Source: Gemmatimonadaceae bacterium (GTDB taxonomy: Bacteria; Gemmatimonadota; Gemmatimonadetes; Gemmatimonadales; Gemmatimonadaceae). From it: a DNA stretch of 64,000 nucleotides. The notes beneath the pieces were generated by a model. It saw nothing but the letters and a program-made list of their open reading frames with translations, was not told where the DNA came from and made no database searches. The position numbers and the translations under genes were made by a program. Positions 9,598 to 19,318 of the stretch are shown in pieces (position 1 is the stretch's first letter; every line of letters starts with the position of its first letter). The stretch is taken from the NCBI GenBank assembly GCA_045803545.1, contig JBJMOW010000005.1, positions 1,056,001-1,120,000 of the forward strand, written 5' to 3'.

Positions 9598-10860
9598 CTA
9601 TAGGTAGCTGAGCCACCAATCTCTCCTTCTCGCTTTGAGATCGGCGTACCACTTACATAGCGGGTAGAGCAACAGCACCCCAAGCGCCCACATCGCGTAA
9701 ACGGTTACCAGGCCGAAGCCCGCGCCGGGCTTGGCAGGCGGGTCAAGCACAAGGTTTCCAAAGAGGTGGTCGGTCGGCTTTCCCGCGAGCACGCTGGCGA
9801 CGATTGCGATGGTGTGCGCGACGATCCATTGCAGAACGTAGAAGAAAAGCGGAACTCGCCCGTAGGTGATGAAGAAACTCCGCCAGCCACCAGTCGGCTT
9901 TTCGTCAGCCCACGCCAGGAACATCAACGAGGGACCTATCGTCATCAACAAAAAGAGAAGCGATGGCGGATACTTGGAGACGGCAAGGAAAGACAACACT
10001 GTTTTCACCGGCGTGTCCTGCGACGACCAGCGCGACGGATCGCCGTAGACATTGATCCACCGCAGCACGATGAACCCCACCGTCAGCAGCAACCCTGCTC
10101 GCATCAGGTATCGTCGACGCTCGCCGGATTCGAGCCGGTACACCGAGCCAAGCGCGTAACCAGCTGCCATCACGCCGACCCATGGGATCAGAGGATAAAG
10201 CGCGAACACCTTGGGACCATCGGCGCCGAACGGGAAAATCAATCCCGGCACGTGCAGTACGTGCCACACCGAAGCCCAGAATCCAGGAATCGGCGTGCCC
10301 GGGCCGGCCCACGAGGTAACGGTCACACCGTCGAGGAGATCGTGGAGGGCAATCATCCCAATCCCGACTCCCGCAATCGCCGGCAGCGGCAGATAGATAA
10401 GACCTGCGAGCACGATCATGCTCCAGCCGATTGCCCAGATCACCTGGAGGAAGGACGCCAGCGTCAGCACGTCGACGTTGAAGAAGATCACAAGGCGCAC
10501 AACCGTCAGCTCGAGGAAGATCAGCCAGAGACCACGCGTCCACAGGAACCGGGACAACGACGGCGTAGGCTTTCCACGCAACGTCTGGAAGTACGCACCG
10601 GTGCCGGCGAGAAAGACGAACAATGGCGCGCAGAAATGCGTGATCCACCGCGTGAAGAACAGCATCGGCGTCGTCTTCGCCACGTCGGTCGGATCGAACA
10701 AGGTTGCCTGAAAGTGGACAAAGTCGCGGGTGTGATCGAGCATCATGATCACCATGATGATGCCGCGGAGCAGGTCTACTGAATCGATGCGGGTGCGAGC
10801 CAGTGGCGTGTAGGGTGCGACTGGCGTTTTGGGCGGATACTTGATTGCAGGTGCTGACAC
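9598..10860 (-). CDS. DUF1624/HGSNAT-catalytic-domain membrane protein
   Basis: RIDSVDLLRG..M.LDH.RD, TRWITHFCAP, YPLIPW, KYPPSL; multi-TM. Confidence 0.9.
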   Translation of the reverse strand: MSAPAIKYPPKTPVAPYTPLARTRIDSVDLLRGIIMVIMMLDHTRDFVHFQATLFDPTDVAKTTPMLFFTRWITHFCAPLFVFLAGTGAYFQTLRGKPTPSLSRFLWTRGLWLIFLELTVVRLVIFFNVDVLTLASFLQVIWAIGWSMIVLAGLIYLPLPAIAGVGIGMIALHDLLDGVTVTSWAGPGTPIPGFWASVWHVLHVPGLIFPFGADGPKVFALYPLIPWVGVMAAGYALGSVYRLESGERRRYLMRAGLLLTVGFIVLRWINVYGDPSRWSSQDTPVKTVLSFLAVSKYPPSLLFLLMTIGPSLMFLAWADEKPTGGWRSFFITYGRVPLFFYVLQWIVAHTIAIVASVLAGKPTDHLFGNLVLDPPAKPGAGFGLVTVYAMWALGVLLLYPLCKWYADLKARRRDWWLSYL

Positions 10861-10894
10861 TATTCGTGGTGTGCGGTAGTTTTTGAGCTATCCA

Positions 10895-12298
10895 ATGAAA
10901 CGATTCAGTCTGCTTGTCGTTGCAATTCTATTCTCCGCGCCAGCGACAGCATATCCGCAAGCAAAGGCCATCAACTGGGATTCGCTCAGCGCCGAGACGT
11001 TACGTACGCTATCAAGCTACCTCCAGATCAACACCACCAACCCGCCCGGCAATGAGCTGGCCGCGGCACGCTGGCTAAAAACCATTCTCGATCGTGAAGG
11101 TATCGAGACGCAGATTCTCGACACTGTCGAGCTCGGCGCGAACCGGGCGAACCTCTATGCGCGGTTACGCGGCAACGGCACCAAGAAAGCGATCGCTCTG
11201 GTGCACCACATGGACGTCGTGCCTGCAACGCCGGCGTCGTGGTCGGTCGATCCGTTCTCGGGGCTGATCAAGGGCGGGTATATCTGGGGTCGCGGCGCGA
11301 TCGATATGAAAAGCAACGGCGTCGCTCAGCTGATGGCGATGATCGCGCTCAAACGGTCCGGTGCCACACTCAACCGCGACATCGTCTTCATCGGCAACGC
11401 CGATGAGGAGCTCGGCTCGACCGGTGGGCTCGTCTTCGCGCAAAGGCATCCCGATCTGCTGCGCGACGTCGAGTACCTGATGACTGAAGGCGCCGACAAC
11501 GTGCTCGATTCCACCGGCAAGGTCGTGTACTTCGGAGTCGGTGTGGCGGAAAAGCGAACATTCTGGCAGCGGCTCACCGTCAACGGAGTTCCGTCGCACG
11601 GATCTCGGCCGACTCCTCAGAACCCGGTGCCCAAGCTGGTCACCGCCCTCTACAAGATCTCGCAATGGCAGACACCGCTTCATGTCACGCCCGGTGTCGA
11701 CAAGTTCTTCCGCGACATTGCTCGCACTTATCCGCAGCCGCAGCACCGCTGGCTCTCGAATGTACGTATCGCGCTGGACAATCCCCGGACGCGAGAATGG
11801 ATTCTGAGCGACGTCACGTGGAACGCCATCCTCAGGAACACCATCTCGCTCACCAGCCTCACCGGCTCCAACAAGACCAACGTCATTCCCGGCGTCGCGA
11901 TGGCGGAAATCGATATCAGGCTGCTGCCCGATCAGGACACGACGGAGTTCCGCGAAACCCTGAAGAGGATCATCGGTGATACGGCGGTGCATCTCACGCA
12001 TCTCGCCAACACAAAGCCGCCGCTCGAGAGCCCGGTCGAGACCGACCTGTTTCGCGCGATCGAGCGCGCCGCCCACGACCGTGAGCCAGCGGCGTTCGTG
12101 ACGACGCCGATGGAAACAGCGGCGACGGACAGACCGACTTATCGCAAACTTGGAATCGTGACCTACGGATTCAGCCCGTTCAGGATTCCACGCGCGGAGA
12201 TCCAACGCGGGATGCACGGCAACGACGAGCGTCTCTCAGTGGAGAACGTCGGGTACGGGCTGCGGTTTTACTACGACATACTGCGCTACGTGCAGTAG
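10895..12298 (+). CDS. M20/M25/M40 family metallohydrolase, secreted
   Basis: Signal peptide; HMDVVP, GRGAIDMK, DEE, HGS, MHGNDER. Confidence 0.93.
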   Translation: MKRFSLLVVAILFSAPATAYPQAKAINWDSLSAETLRTLSSYLQINTTNPPGNELAAARWLKTILDREGIETQILDTVELGANRANLYARLRGNGTKKAIALVHHMDVVPATPASWSVDPFSGLIKGGYIWGRGAIDMKSNGVAQLMAMIALKRSGATLNRDIVFIGNADEELGSTGGLVFAQRHPDLLRDVEYLMTEGADNVLDSTGKVVYFGVGVAEKRTFWQRLTVNGVPSHGSRPTPQNPVPKLVTALYKISQWQTPLHVTPGVDKFFRDIARTYPQPQHRWLSNVRIALDNPRTREWILSDVTWNAILRNTISLTSLTGSNKTNVIPGVAMAEIDIRLLPDQDTTEFRETLKRIIGDTAVHLTHLANTKPPLESPVETDLFRAIERAAHDREPAAFVTTPMETAATDRPTYRKLGIVTYGFSPFRIPRAEIQRGMHGNDERLSVENVGYGLRFYYDILRYVQ

Positions 12299-12309
12299 TC
12301 GGCAGCGCG

Positions 12310-12531
12310 TCAGGCTTTGTGCCTGAAGGTGATGCGTCCGCGGGTCAGATCGTAGGGTGAGACCTCGAGCGTCACGCGATCACCGGCGAGCACACGGATC
12401 CTGAATCTCCGCATCTTGCCCGCGATGGTGGCGTGAACGTCGTGGCCGTTGTTCACCTGCACGCGAAACGTCGCGTCAGGCAGCACTTCGGTGACGATAC
12501 CTTCCAGCTCGATTGCTTCCTCTTTTGCCAT
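12310..12531 (-). CDS. infA: Translation initiation factor IF-1
   Basis: [11 protein letters not shown]...[43 protein letters not shown] before ATG at 12531. Confidence 0.98.
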   Translation of the reverse strand: MAKEEAIELEGIVTEVLPDATFRVQVNNGHDVHATIAGKMRRFRIRVLAGDRVTLEVSPYDLTRGRITFRHKA

Positions 12532-12556
12532 ACTCCTCCAAATAATTGAGCTATTG

Positions 12557-12599
12557 AAAAACAACGAGGCCGGTCTGGAGTTGTCCAGACCGGCCTCGT
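12557..12599 (-). terminator. Intrinsic terminator between csp and infA
   Basis: Perfect 16-bp stem ACGAGGCCGGTCTGGA / TCCAGACCGGCCTCGT with 4-nt loop, followed by TGTTTTT on the minus strand. Confidence 0.8.
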
Positions 12600-12626
12600 C
12601 TTCATGGTGCAATTGCCAAGCTTCGC

Positions 12627-12839
12627 TTACGCGCCGATCTTGGTGACGTTCTCCGCGGCAGGACCCTTCTGGCCTTGCACGACGTCGAACTCAACACGCT
12701 CGCCCTCGGCGAGGGATTTGAAGCCCTGGCCCTGGATCGATGAATGATGAACGAAGCAATCCTTCTGTCCGTTCTCTGGCGTGATGAAGCCAAAACCCTT
12801 GGCATCGTTGAACCACTTAACCTTTCCGGTGGTACGCAT
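12627..12839 (-). CDS. Cold-shock protein (CspA family)
   Basis: [15 protein letters not shown] (RNP1), CFVHHSSI (RNP2), [17 protein letters not shown]. Confidence 0.98.
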   Translation of the reverse strand: MRTTGKVKWFNDAKGFGFITPENGQKDCFVHHSSIQGQGFKSLAEGERVEFDVVQGQKGPAAENVTKIGA

Positions 12840-13044
12840 TGCGGTACTTCCTCTTCAATTGGGTCGGAAGTGCCGTGTTGCGGAACCGATCCGACTTCGT
12901 GTGTTGCGATCACTGTGACCGCTCTAAGGCTTGATATCAAAAAAGGACCCGTCAACACCCCAGGTCCCCATAACGGTATCCTGCCAGCTCTCGCGCAATG
13001 AGTTGCGCTTGAGGGATTTAATGTAGTCGGATCCGGTGTTGTGG

Positions 13045-14013
13045 TCAACGCGCTTGAGTTGCCGGAATTGGCTCATTTGCCGGCTCGGTGTACCCTTCCA
13101 CCGCGTCGCGATAGGCGTCGAAAACGCCGCTCGGAACCGGGACCTTTGAGCCGGTCACCATCGACTTCAGCATTGCTGCGTTGGCGACTGCCTTTCCCTT
13201 GTAGTGATTGTTGGTGACTACATACGCGTCGCTAACGGTCGGATCGGCGGCGATCTCATTTACCCGCTCGACCCAGGGCTCCAACTCGTCGGCCTTGTAC
13301 AAATAGTTGTACCGCTGCTCTACCGGCGCTTTATCACGGAACCAGTCCTTATAATTGCGCCCGTGCACCCGGACGTAAGCGACGTGCGATGTCACGTGTG
13401 CCGATGGGCCGATCGAATTGTGATAGAGGGGTTGGTCGATGTTTACGAATCCAACCCCATCGTCCGCCAGCGACGCCATGAACTCCGGTGCCAGCCATGA
13501 GGTGTGACGCACCTCGACGACGAGCGGATAGCGGTTGAAGGTCCGCACGACATCGCCCAGCCACTCGCGACTCTCGTCGGTCCTCTTGAAGCTCCACGGG
13601 AACTGGAGCAGCACCGCGCCGAGCTTGTCTGCGTCCATCATGACGTCGAAACCCGCCAGCACCTGGTCGACTTCTTTGGTGGTCCACGCCGAGTCGCGCT
13701 CGTGGGTGAACCGCTTCCACAGCTTGGCGGTGAAGCGGAAGGCGCGATGCTCTTCCACGCGCTTTACCCACGACGCGGCCGTGCGCGCGACGGGCGGACC
13801 ATAGAAACTGGAATTGATCTCGACCGTATCGAAGAAATCGGCGATGTAACGGAGCGGATCGAAGCGGGGCGGCTTCTCCTCGGGGTACACCACCCCCTCC
13901 CAATCCTTGTACATCCAGCCCGCCGGTCCAAAACGCAGCGTCGCATGACCGGCCGTACCGCTTTTGCGCCGGGATTTCGCGCCTGGGCTGGTTTTGGCGG
14001 ATCGTGGGATCAT
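13045..14013 (-). CDS. DUF72 domain protein
   Basis: GPAGW.YKDWEG..YP, FDTVEINSSFY, LLQFP.SF, VEVRH.SW, YVRVHGRN, TNNH. Confidence 0.93.
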   Translation of the reverse strand: MIPRSAKTSPGAKSRRKSGTAGHATLRFGPAGWMYKDWEGVVYPEEKPPRFDPLRYIADFFDTVEINSSFYGPPVARTAASWVKRVEEHRAFRFTAKLWKRFTHERDSAWTTKEVDQVLAGFDVMMDADKLGAVLLQFPWSFKRTDESREWLGDVVRTFNRYPLVVEVRHTSWLAPEFMASLADDGVGFVNIDQPLYHNSIGPSAHVTSHVAYVRVHGRNYKDWFRDKAPVEQRYNYLYKADELEPWVERVNEIAADPTVSDAYVVTNNHYKGKAVANAAMLKSMVTGSKVPVPSGVFDAYRDAVEGYTEPANEPIPATQAR

Positions 14014-14097
14014 AACCGTATTAATGCTTGTTCAGTGCCATTTGCCCGGTCGCCTGTGGTAGCCATCGACGCCAGGTCTTCGCACATTTTTTGGCGA

Positions 14098-15030
14098 ATG
14101 CCATACGCTTTCCACACCGCTGACGTATTCACCGATCACCTGCACGGTGGCAATCCGCTCGCCGTCGTTCCCGATGCGCGCGGGCTCACCGACGATCAAA
14201 TGCAGATGATCGCCAAAGAGTTCAATTACTCGGAGACGGTCTTCGTTTTTCCGCCGCGTGAGACGGCACACACGCGCAGCGTACGGATCTTCACTCCCGG
14301 CAGAGAGCTGCCGTTTGCGGGCCATCCGACCGTGGGTTGCGCTTTTGTGCTGGCGACCATCGGCGAGGTCCCGCTCGACGGCGAAGAGCAACGAATCGTG
14401 CTGGAGGAAGGAGTCGGACCGATTCCAGTCTCGATTCGCACGCGCAATGGCAAGCCGGTCTTCGCGCAGCTGACGTCGGCCAAGTTGCCGGAGATAAAAG
14501 ACCCACCGCCTCCACCGGAGGTACTCTGCGAGATACTCTCACTCGAGCCGAGCCACATCGTCGCGGATGATATGCTGGAGCCTGAGGCAGTGTCGTGCGG
14601 GGTGCCCTACCTTTTCATCCCCATCAAGAAGCCCGAGATGTTGTCGTGGGTAAAGGTCGACATCGCGAAGTGGGAGCAGGCGCTGCACGACTATTGGGCG
14701 CCGGAGATGTTCATCTACAGTACCGAAGACTGGAGTCACATCTTCGAGGGTGGACATATTCGCGCGCGAATGTTCGCGCCTGGTTTGGGAATAGGTGAGG
14801 ATCCAGCTACCGGAAGTGCCTGCGCAGCCCTCGCCGGATTCCTCGCACTGCGCGCCGACACCCGCGATGGGACGCTGCGCTGGACTGTCGATCAGGGAGT
14901 CGAGATGGGACGCCCGAGTCGATTGGAGCTCGAAGTGGATCGGACGCGTGGGCAGGTGGCAGCGATCCGTGTCGGTGGGTCGTCGGTGCTGGTCAGCTCG
15001 GGCACTCTTTACGTCGACGGCGAAGCCTAA
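14098..15030 (+). CDS. PhzF family isomerase/epimerase
   Basis: DVFT....GGNPLAV, NYSETVF, RIFTP..ELPFAGHPT, EDPATGSA, QGVEMGRPS. Real start is ATG 14098, not the long ORF start at 13504. Confidence 0.95.
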   Translation: MPYAFHTADVFTDHLHGGNPLAVVPDARGLTDDQMQMIAKEFNYSETVFVFPPRETAHTRSVRIFTPGRELPFAGHPTVGCAFVLATIGEVPLDGEEQRIVLEEGVGPIPVSIRTRNGKPVFAQLTSAKLPEIKDPPPPPEVLCEILSLEPSHIVADDMLEPEAVSCGVPYLFIPIKKPEMLSWVKVDIAKWEQALHDYWAPEMFIYSTEDWSHIFEGGHIRARMFAPGLGIGEDPATGSACAALAGFLALRADTRDGTLRWTVDQGVEMGRPSRLELEVDRTRGQVAAIRVGGSSVLVSSGTLYVDGEA

Positions 15031-15464
15031 GTCGTCTTCGACGACTCGCCCGGCACAGGCTCTTTAGTTCCCCAGCGTCGCCGATCGCCCGGCTGCCGCG
15101 GTGGCAAAGTTTCGCGCGCTGTGTAGTCGGTGAGCGCAGCGACGATGAGAATGAGGACACCCATCACGACAAAGAAATTGCGTGACACTTCCTGGCCGCT
15201 GAACCCAAAGATCCACGGTGCGACGAGCACGAATAGCCCCGCCACCAGCTCGATCGCGCCGTGAATCCTGAATGGAATCCACTTGAACGGGCCGAGTGGA
15301 AAGTCAGTGCACGCTGTCAGCAGCAGGTGAATTCCAGTCAGCCAGTACGCGATCTTGCTGGCTGTGGTGTGCTGGAACCCAAACACCATTGGCGCGTTGA
15401 GAAACACAGCGGCGACAGCATAATCGAGTACGCCGTGCACACGCGCTGAAATTGGTTTGCTCAT
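15027..15464 (-). CDS. Small membrane protein (SPW-repeat-like)
   Basis: HGVLDY...APMVFGF and HGAIE...APWIFGF internal repeat; 4 TMs. Confidence 0.75.
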   Translation of the reverse strand: MSKPISARVHGVLDYAVAAVFLNAPMVFGFQHTTASKIAYWLTGIHLLLTACTDFPLGPFKWIPFRIHGAIELVAGLFVLVAPWIFGFSGQEVSRNFFVVMGVLILIVAALTDYTARETLPPRQPGDRRRWGTKEPVPGESSKTT

Positions 15465-15494
15465 GACAGCCGGCCTCAGCTCACGGCGGTGTCG

Positions 15495-15818
15495 CTACTC
15501 CAGATAGTGATAAAGACCGTACAACGCCACGCCGGCTCCGGCAATGATGATGATCGTACCCGGAGTCTCACCCACGATGGCGCCGACGATCATTGCACCC
15601 ACACCGACAGCCATCATCGCGACATCCTGACCCTGGTTCCGACAACACGGCGCAGCAGTGACCTTGGTCGAAGCGTTGACCTTCGATTCGCTGACTTGGA
15701 AGCCGACCGCCGCCGACTGTAGCGTCGGCCCCTTCGCTTGGTTGCGGGACACCTGCTGCGCGTTGGAAGATCCGGGGATTAATGCAAGTGCACAGACACT
15801 GAGTGCCAAAAAGCGCAT
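15495..15818 (-). CDS. Hypothetical exported/membrane protein
   Basis: Signal peptide, C-terminal Gly-rich hydrophobic hairpin; GGAGA RBS. Confidence 0.7.
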   Translation of the reverse strand: MRFLALSVCALALIPGSSNAQQVSRNQAKGPTLQSAAVGFQVSESKVNASTKVTAAPCCRNQGQDVAMMAVGVGAMIVGAIVGETPGTIIIIAGAGVALYGLYHYLE

Positions 15819-15934
15819 TTCTTTCTCCGTTCGAGGAAACAATTAGACCGAAGACGCGCTTGCGTCTCCTGTTTCAGGAAATCGGAGTGCCCTTGCGGCA
15901 ATAAACGTGCACGATGCGCACGCGCACGCGGGCC

Positions 15935-16735
15935 TTACTGGCCCCTGTTGCGATAATGACGGTTGCGCCGGCTGTCCGGAATGTCGACGGTGCCGCTGAC
16001 ATCGGCGTAGTCGATGTCGCCGCTGCCCTTGTTCTCGACGCGGAAATCCTTGCCGACCTTGTGAACCTCGATTCCGCCGGAGCCGTCGTTGCGGACAATC
16101 ACCGAGCCGCGCACATCGGTGGCGTTGATTCCGCCCGATCCGTCGCTCTCGACCGTGAAGGAGCCAGTGACGTTGCGCACGTCTATATCACCCGAGCCGT
16201 CGTTGACGCTAACGTCGCCGCCGACGTTCTCGATCGTGAGTGATCCTGATCCGTCGCTGACACGCACAGAGTGTGCGCCATCGATCAACAGCTCGCCCGA
16301 ACCGTCGCCCATCTCGAGATCGCCAACGTTGTAAACCTTGGCGTCACCGCTGCCGTCCGAGATGTCGGCGTTCATTCCTTGCGGCACCTGAACAACGAGA
16401 TCAAGCGCGGCCTCGCCGTTATCGTTCCACCCGTCTTGATCGGGGATGTCCGCTTTAATAAAGACGCGATCGCCATCACGCTCGGCGATCAATCGAATGT
16501 CGTTGAGCAAGCCCTGCGACGAAGCGCGGGCAGTGCCGGTGACCTCGACTTGCGTCAGACCAGGCTTGCCTTCGACGCGCAGGCTGCCCGCCGCGGCTTC
16601 CACCTGGACGATGCGCGCACCGTTCGCATTTACGACGGCATTGCGCGGCGCAGTATACGCGCCCTGGGCGTGCGCCGCTGATCCTATCAAAAAGGGCGCT
16701 GCCGCTACCGCTGCGCCTCGAAACTGCCGCTTCAT
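15935..16735 (-). CDS. DUF4097/adhesin-like beta-strand repeat protein, secreted
   Basis: Signal peptide (AHA|Q); seven D/KGSG repeats; GGAG RBS. Confidence 0.85.
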   Translation of the reverse strand: MKRQFRGAAVAAAPFLIGSAAHAQGAYTAPRNAVVNANGARIVQVEAAAGSLRVEGKPGLTQVEVTGTARASSQGLLNDIRLIAERDGDRVFIKADIPDQDGWNDNGEAALDLVVQVPQGMNADISDGSGDAKVYNVGDLEMGDGSGELLIDGAHSVRVSDGSGSLTIENVGGDVSVNDGSGDIDVRNVTGSFTVESDGSGGINATDVRGSVIVRNDGSGGIEVHKVGKDFRVENKGSGDIDYADVSGTVDIPDSRRNRHYRNRGQ

Positions 16736-16780
16736 GGGTACTCCGTTCAGGTGTGCCGGGTTAGACAACCCTACATGCTG

Positions 16781-16806
16781 TACGGTTTGTAGACCCGACG
16801 GTTTCA
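16781..16806 (-). promoter_or_regulatory. Candidate ECF sigma promoter
   Basis: TGAAAC-N16-CGTA on the minus strand, 46 nt upstream of the DUF4097 ATG. Confidence 0.5.
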
Positions 16807-16814
16807 GCGATAGC

Positions 16815-18011
16815 TCAGGGGAGCAGTGAAAGCTTCCAAATGCCGTTGAGCATGTCTGACGCGTACAGCTTGCCGCCGGCGATCTGAACGCCCCAAATGT
16901 AAACAGGCGGGCCGTCGACCAAACCGTGACCGACCTCGCGGCCCATTGCAGCCAGATTACAACGGCCGATCAGATCTCGCTGTGATGCATCACACGATGA
17001 GAGGTCGCCGCTGACGTCGATCACGCGCACACCGCCGTTGTAATAAGCGGCGTACAGGAGAGCGCGACTCTCGTCCATGAAGAAATTGTGGGTACCGGCG
17101 CCGTCAATGTGGAAGAACGCGACTTCGTGTGGCGATGCGAGGTTGCTGACATCGACGACATGGATATCGCCACTTGCCGTCGAGCCCACGAAACCCGGGC
17201 CCTCCTGCCCCACGAATGCGTAACGCTTTTCGCCGGTGTTGGGGTTCTTGTACCACCAGATGTTGTGAGCCTCGCCGCCAACAGTTGCGAGCCTGCTCAA
17301 CTCGACCGGATTGGATGGTGTGCCTCCGCTGCCCCCGCCGCCGATATCCCAGATCTTGATGCCGGCATCCCACACTGCGATGAACAAAATGCCGTCACGG
17401 ACGAAAGTATCGTGCGTGTACGGCGCACCCATCGTCTGCGTGTAAACCTGAGTCGGCGTGGCAGGATCGGTGATGTCGACTATTACCAGCCGCGCCAATC
17501 CCGAATTGCCAATGTCGACGGCGAGGAAAGCGTACAGGCGGCCGTTCACGCGCTCCACGTTTGCTGTGTGCACACCGGGATCAGTGAGCCCGGTGGTGTA
17601 GCGCGTGATCAGCTGCGGCTTTCGCGGATTGGCGAGACTGTACAGAACGATCGACCCGGGACTGAACTCTGTCGCAACGACCAACAGCTGGCCGTCGTCG
17701 CTCGTCTGGATGTCGCCGAGGGTCACAGCGTTCGGCACGATCAGCGAATCGATCAGAGTAGGAATGTCTCCGCTCACATCCCAGATCTTCACCGCGTTCC
17801 CTGGAGTACCGCGATTTCCCCAGGTCGTGGTGTAGGCGACGCTGCCGACCGCCCATACCTCGCCGGTGAAGCGGTCCTGCACCGAACCGTTGCCCAGCAC
17901 GGTGAGAGCCCGGGATCCGTGCGGCGGCGCCTGGAGGGACTGCCCACTTTCACATCCAGTTGAGAGCGCGATGAGAACGGCGATGCCAGCGGCGAAGATG
18001 ATTCCTTTCAC
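16815..18011 (-). CDS. LVIVD-repeat lipoprotein (beta-propeller)
   Basis: Lipobox STG|C; repeated LVIVDITDP / IHVVDVSNL / VRVIDVSG with GxHN/HT motifs. Confidence 0.85.
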   Translation of the reverse strand: MKGIIFAAGIAVLIALSTGCESGQSLQAPPHGSRALTVLGNGSVQDRFTGEVWAVGSVAYTTTWGNRGTPGNAVKIWDVSGDIPTLIDSLIVPNAVTLGDIQTSDDGQLLVVATEFSPGSIVLYSLANPRKPQLITRYTTGLTDPGVHTANVERVNGRLYAFLAVDIGNSGLARLVIVDITDPATPTQVYTQTMGAPYTHDTFVRDGILFIAVWDAGIKIWDIGGGGSGGTPSNPVELSRLATVGGEAHNIWWYKNPNTGEKRYAFVGQEGPGFVGSTASGDIHVVDVSNLASPHEVAFFHIDGAGTHNFFMDESRALLYAAYYNGGVRVIDVSGDLSSCDASQRDLIGRCNLAAMGREVGHGLVDGPPVYIWGVQIAGGKLYASDMLNGIWKLSLLP

Positions 18012-18041
18012 TTTGGCGGTCCGAAGAGTGAACGCGACTTC

Positions 18042-19247
18042 TTAGTTCTTGTCATGTGACTGCGGCATGTTCATACCCCGCATTGATTCCGATGGCCGCG
18101 CACTTATGGCGGCGCCGTACCGGCCCATCCGCATGTGCTCCATCCCAAAGCCGATCTTCATTCCCGCCGACAAACTCCAGATGGTGCTCGAACCGTAGAA
18201 CGTGCGAGGATCGAATCCGGCCGGTTGCAGTGTCGGAGCAACGCGCGCGCGCGCAACTTCGGCGAACGGCTCGTATGAGATCCTGTTAGTCGATAGCTCC
18301 ACTGCTGCGCGAGCAGTCAGAATGGTCCACCGTGACCGACCGGAGATACTCAAATCGGTCGGAGGAACTGGCGAGCGAAATTCGTTGAGCAGACGTTGCT
18401 CGTCGGGCCGCTCGGTACGCTCAATTCGAATCGCGCCATTGACGCGCTGGTACTTCGCCCAGGTTTCTGCCAGCATCGATGTGAACGCGAATATTTGGTC
18501 CGAGCCGGCGTAGTCATTGGTACGCGCCCATTCGACCAACGCGTAGCCGGAGTGCTGGTTATCCTCGAGCCGGATCGATGCGCTGTGCTTGCGCTGATCA
18601 GCGCCGCCGCCAGCCGGGTTCTCCGGCGATTTTACACGCGCGTAGCTCGTCTGCAGCTCTGCCTGAGTCCACGGCGTGTAAGACACGCGTGCAGACCAGG
18701 AATCCCAATACCGATTTTGATTCGGCACATCGCCCGGACCGGTTGGCTCATCGCCGTTGAACGAGCTGGCTTCCAAGACAAAATCGCTGACCCGCAGCGC
18801 ACCAACTGCAACCGCGCGCTCGAGGATCTGGGACAAGTGGTGATTGATCGGATACTTCTCGATCGGTCTCGCCATCGGATCGTCGGTGCCAAAGGCCGCG
18901 AAGCCCTTGCCCACAGCGAGCGAGATCGCGTTTGATCGCTCACCGCCGAACCGTGTCATCGACACCAGCATCAGCTCGTGCAGGTAAGTGTGCGGATGAC
19001 GGCGATCGACGTAACCTTCACCGTAGATCCCGGGAGTCAGCTCACCTCGCTTGATGGTGAGACCCTCGAGATTGAGTGTCGCTTTCATCGACAGCAGGTC
19101 CCGCCACGGGTTCAAGTCGAGCATCACTGCCGGCTGCGTCAGGTACCCCTCAGTAAAAGCGCGGTCGTGAACGGCAGGTGATACTCTGGTTACGACGCCA
19201 ATGGCTTGTGCGCCGACCATTAGCTGCGCGAGCAGAAAAAGAATCAA
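18042..19247 (-). CDS. Hypothetical protein, probable outer-membrane beta-barrel with His/Met-rich motifs
   Basis: Long ORF with alternating beta-strand pattern, DRRHPHTYLHE, NHHL, Met/His-rich C-terminus; TTG start uncertain. Confidence 0.65.
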   Translation of the reverse strand: MILFLLAQLMVGAQAIGVVTRVSPAVHDRAFTEGYLTQPAVMLDLNPWRDLLSMKATLNLEGLTIKRGELTPGIYGEGYVDRRHPHTYLHELMLVSMTRFGGERSNAISLAVGKGFAAFGTDDPMARPIEKYPINHHLSQILERAVAVGALRVSDFVLEASSFNGDEPTGPGDVPNQNRYWDSWSARVSYTPWTQAELQTSYARVKSPENPAGGGADQRKHSASIRLEDNQHSGYALVEWARTNDYAGSDQIFAFTSMLAETWAKYQRVNGAIRIERTERPDEQRLLNEFRSPVPPTDLSISGRSRWTILTARAAVELSTNRISYEPFAEVARARVAPTLQPAGFDPRTFYGSSTIWSLSAGMKIGFGMEHMRMGRYGAAISARPSESMRGMNMPQSHDKN

Positions 19248-19318
19248 AGCTTTATGGGTGGCAGAGGACGCGAGTGCGGTGTATTCTTTGACTCGAATAT
19301 CGCATGGGGGAGTAACAC

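Noticed and set aside
14025..14040. Sigma-54-like TGGCAC-N5-AAGCA upstream of the DUF72 gene
   Set aside because: GG-N10-GC spacing is right but the -12 element lacks TT; not enough support alone.
13504..14097. N-terminal extension of the 508-aa PhzF ORF as a fusion
   Set aside because: It is the antisense shadow of the DUF72 gene; PhzF similarity starts at ATG 14098.
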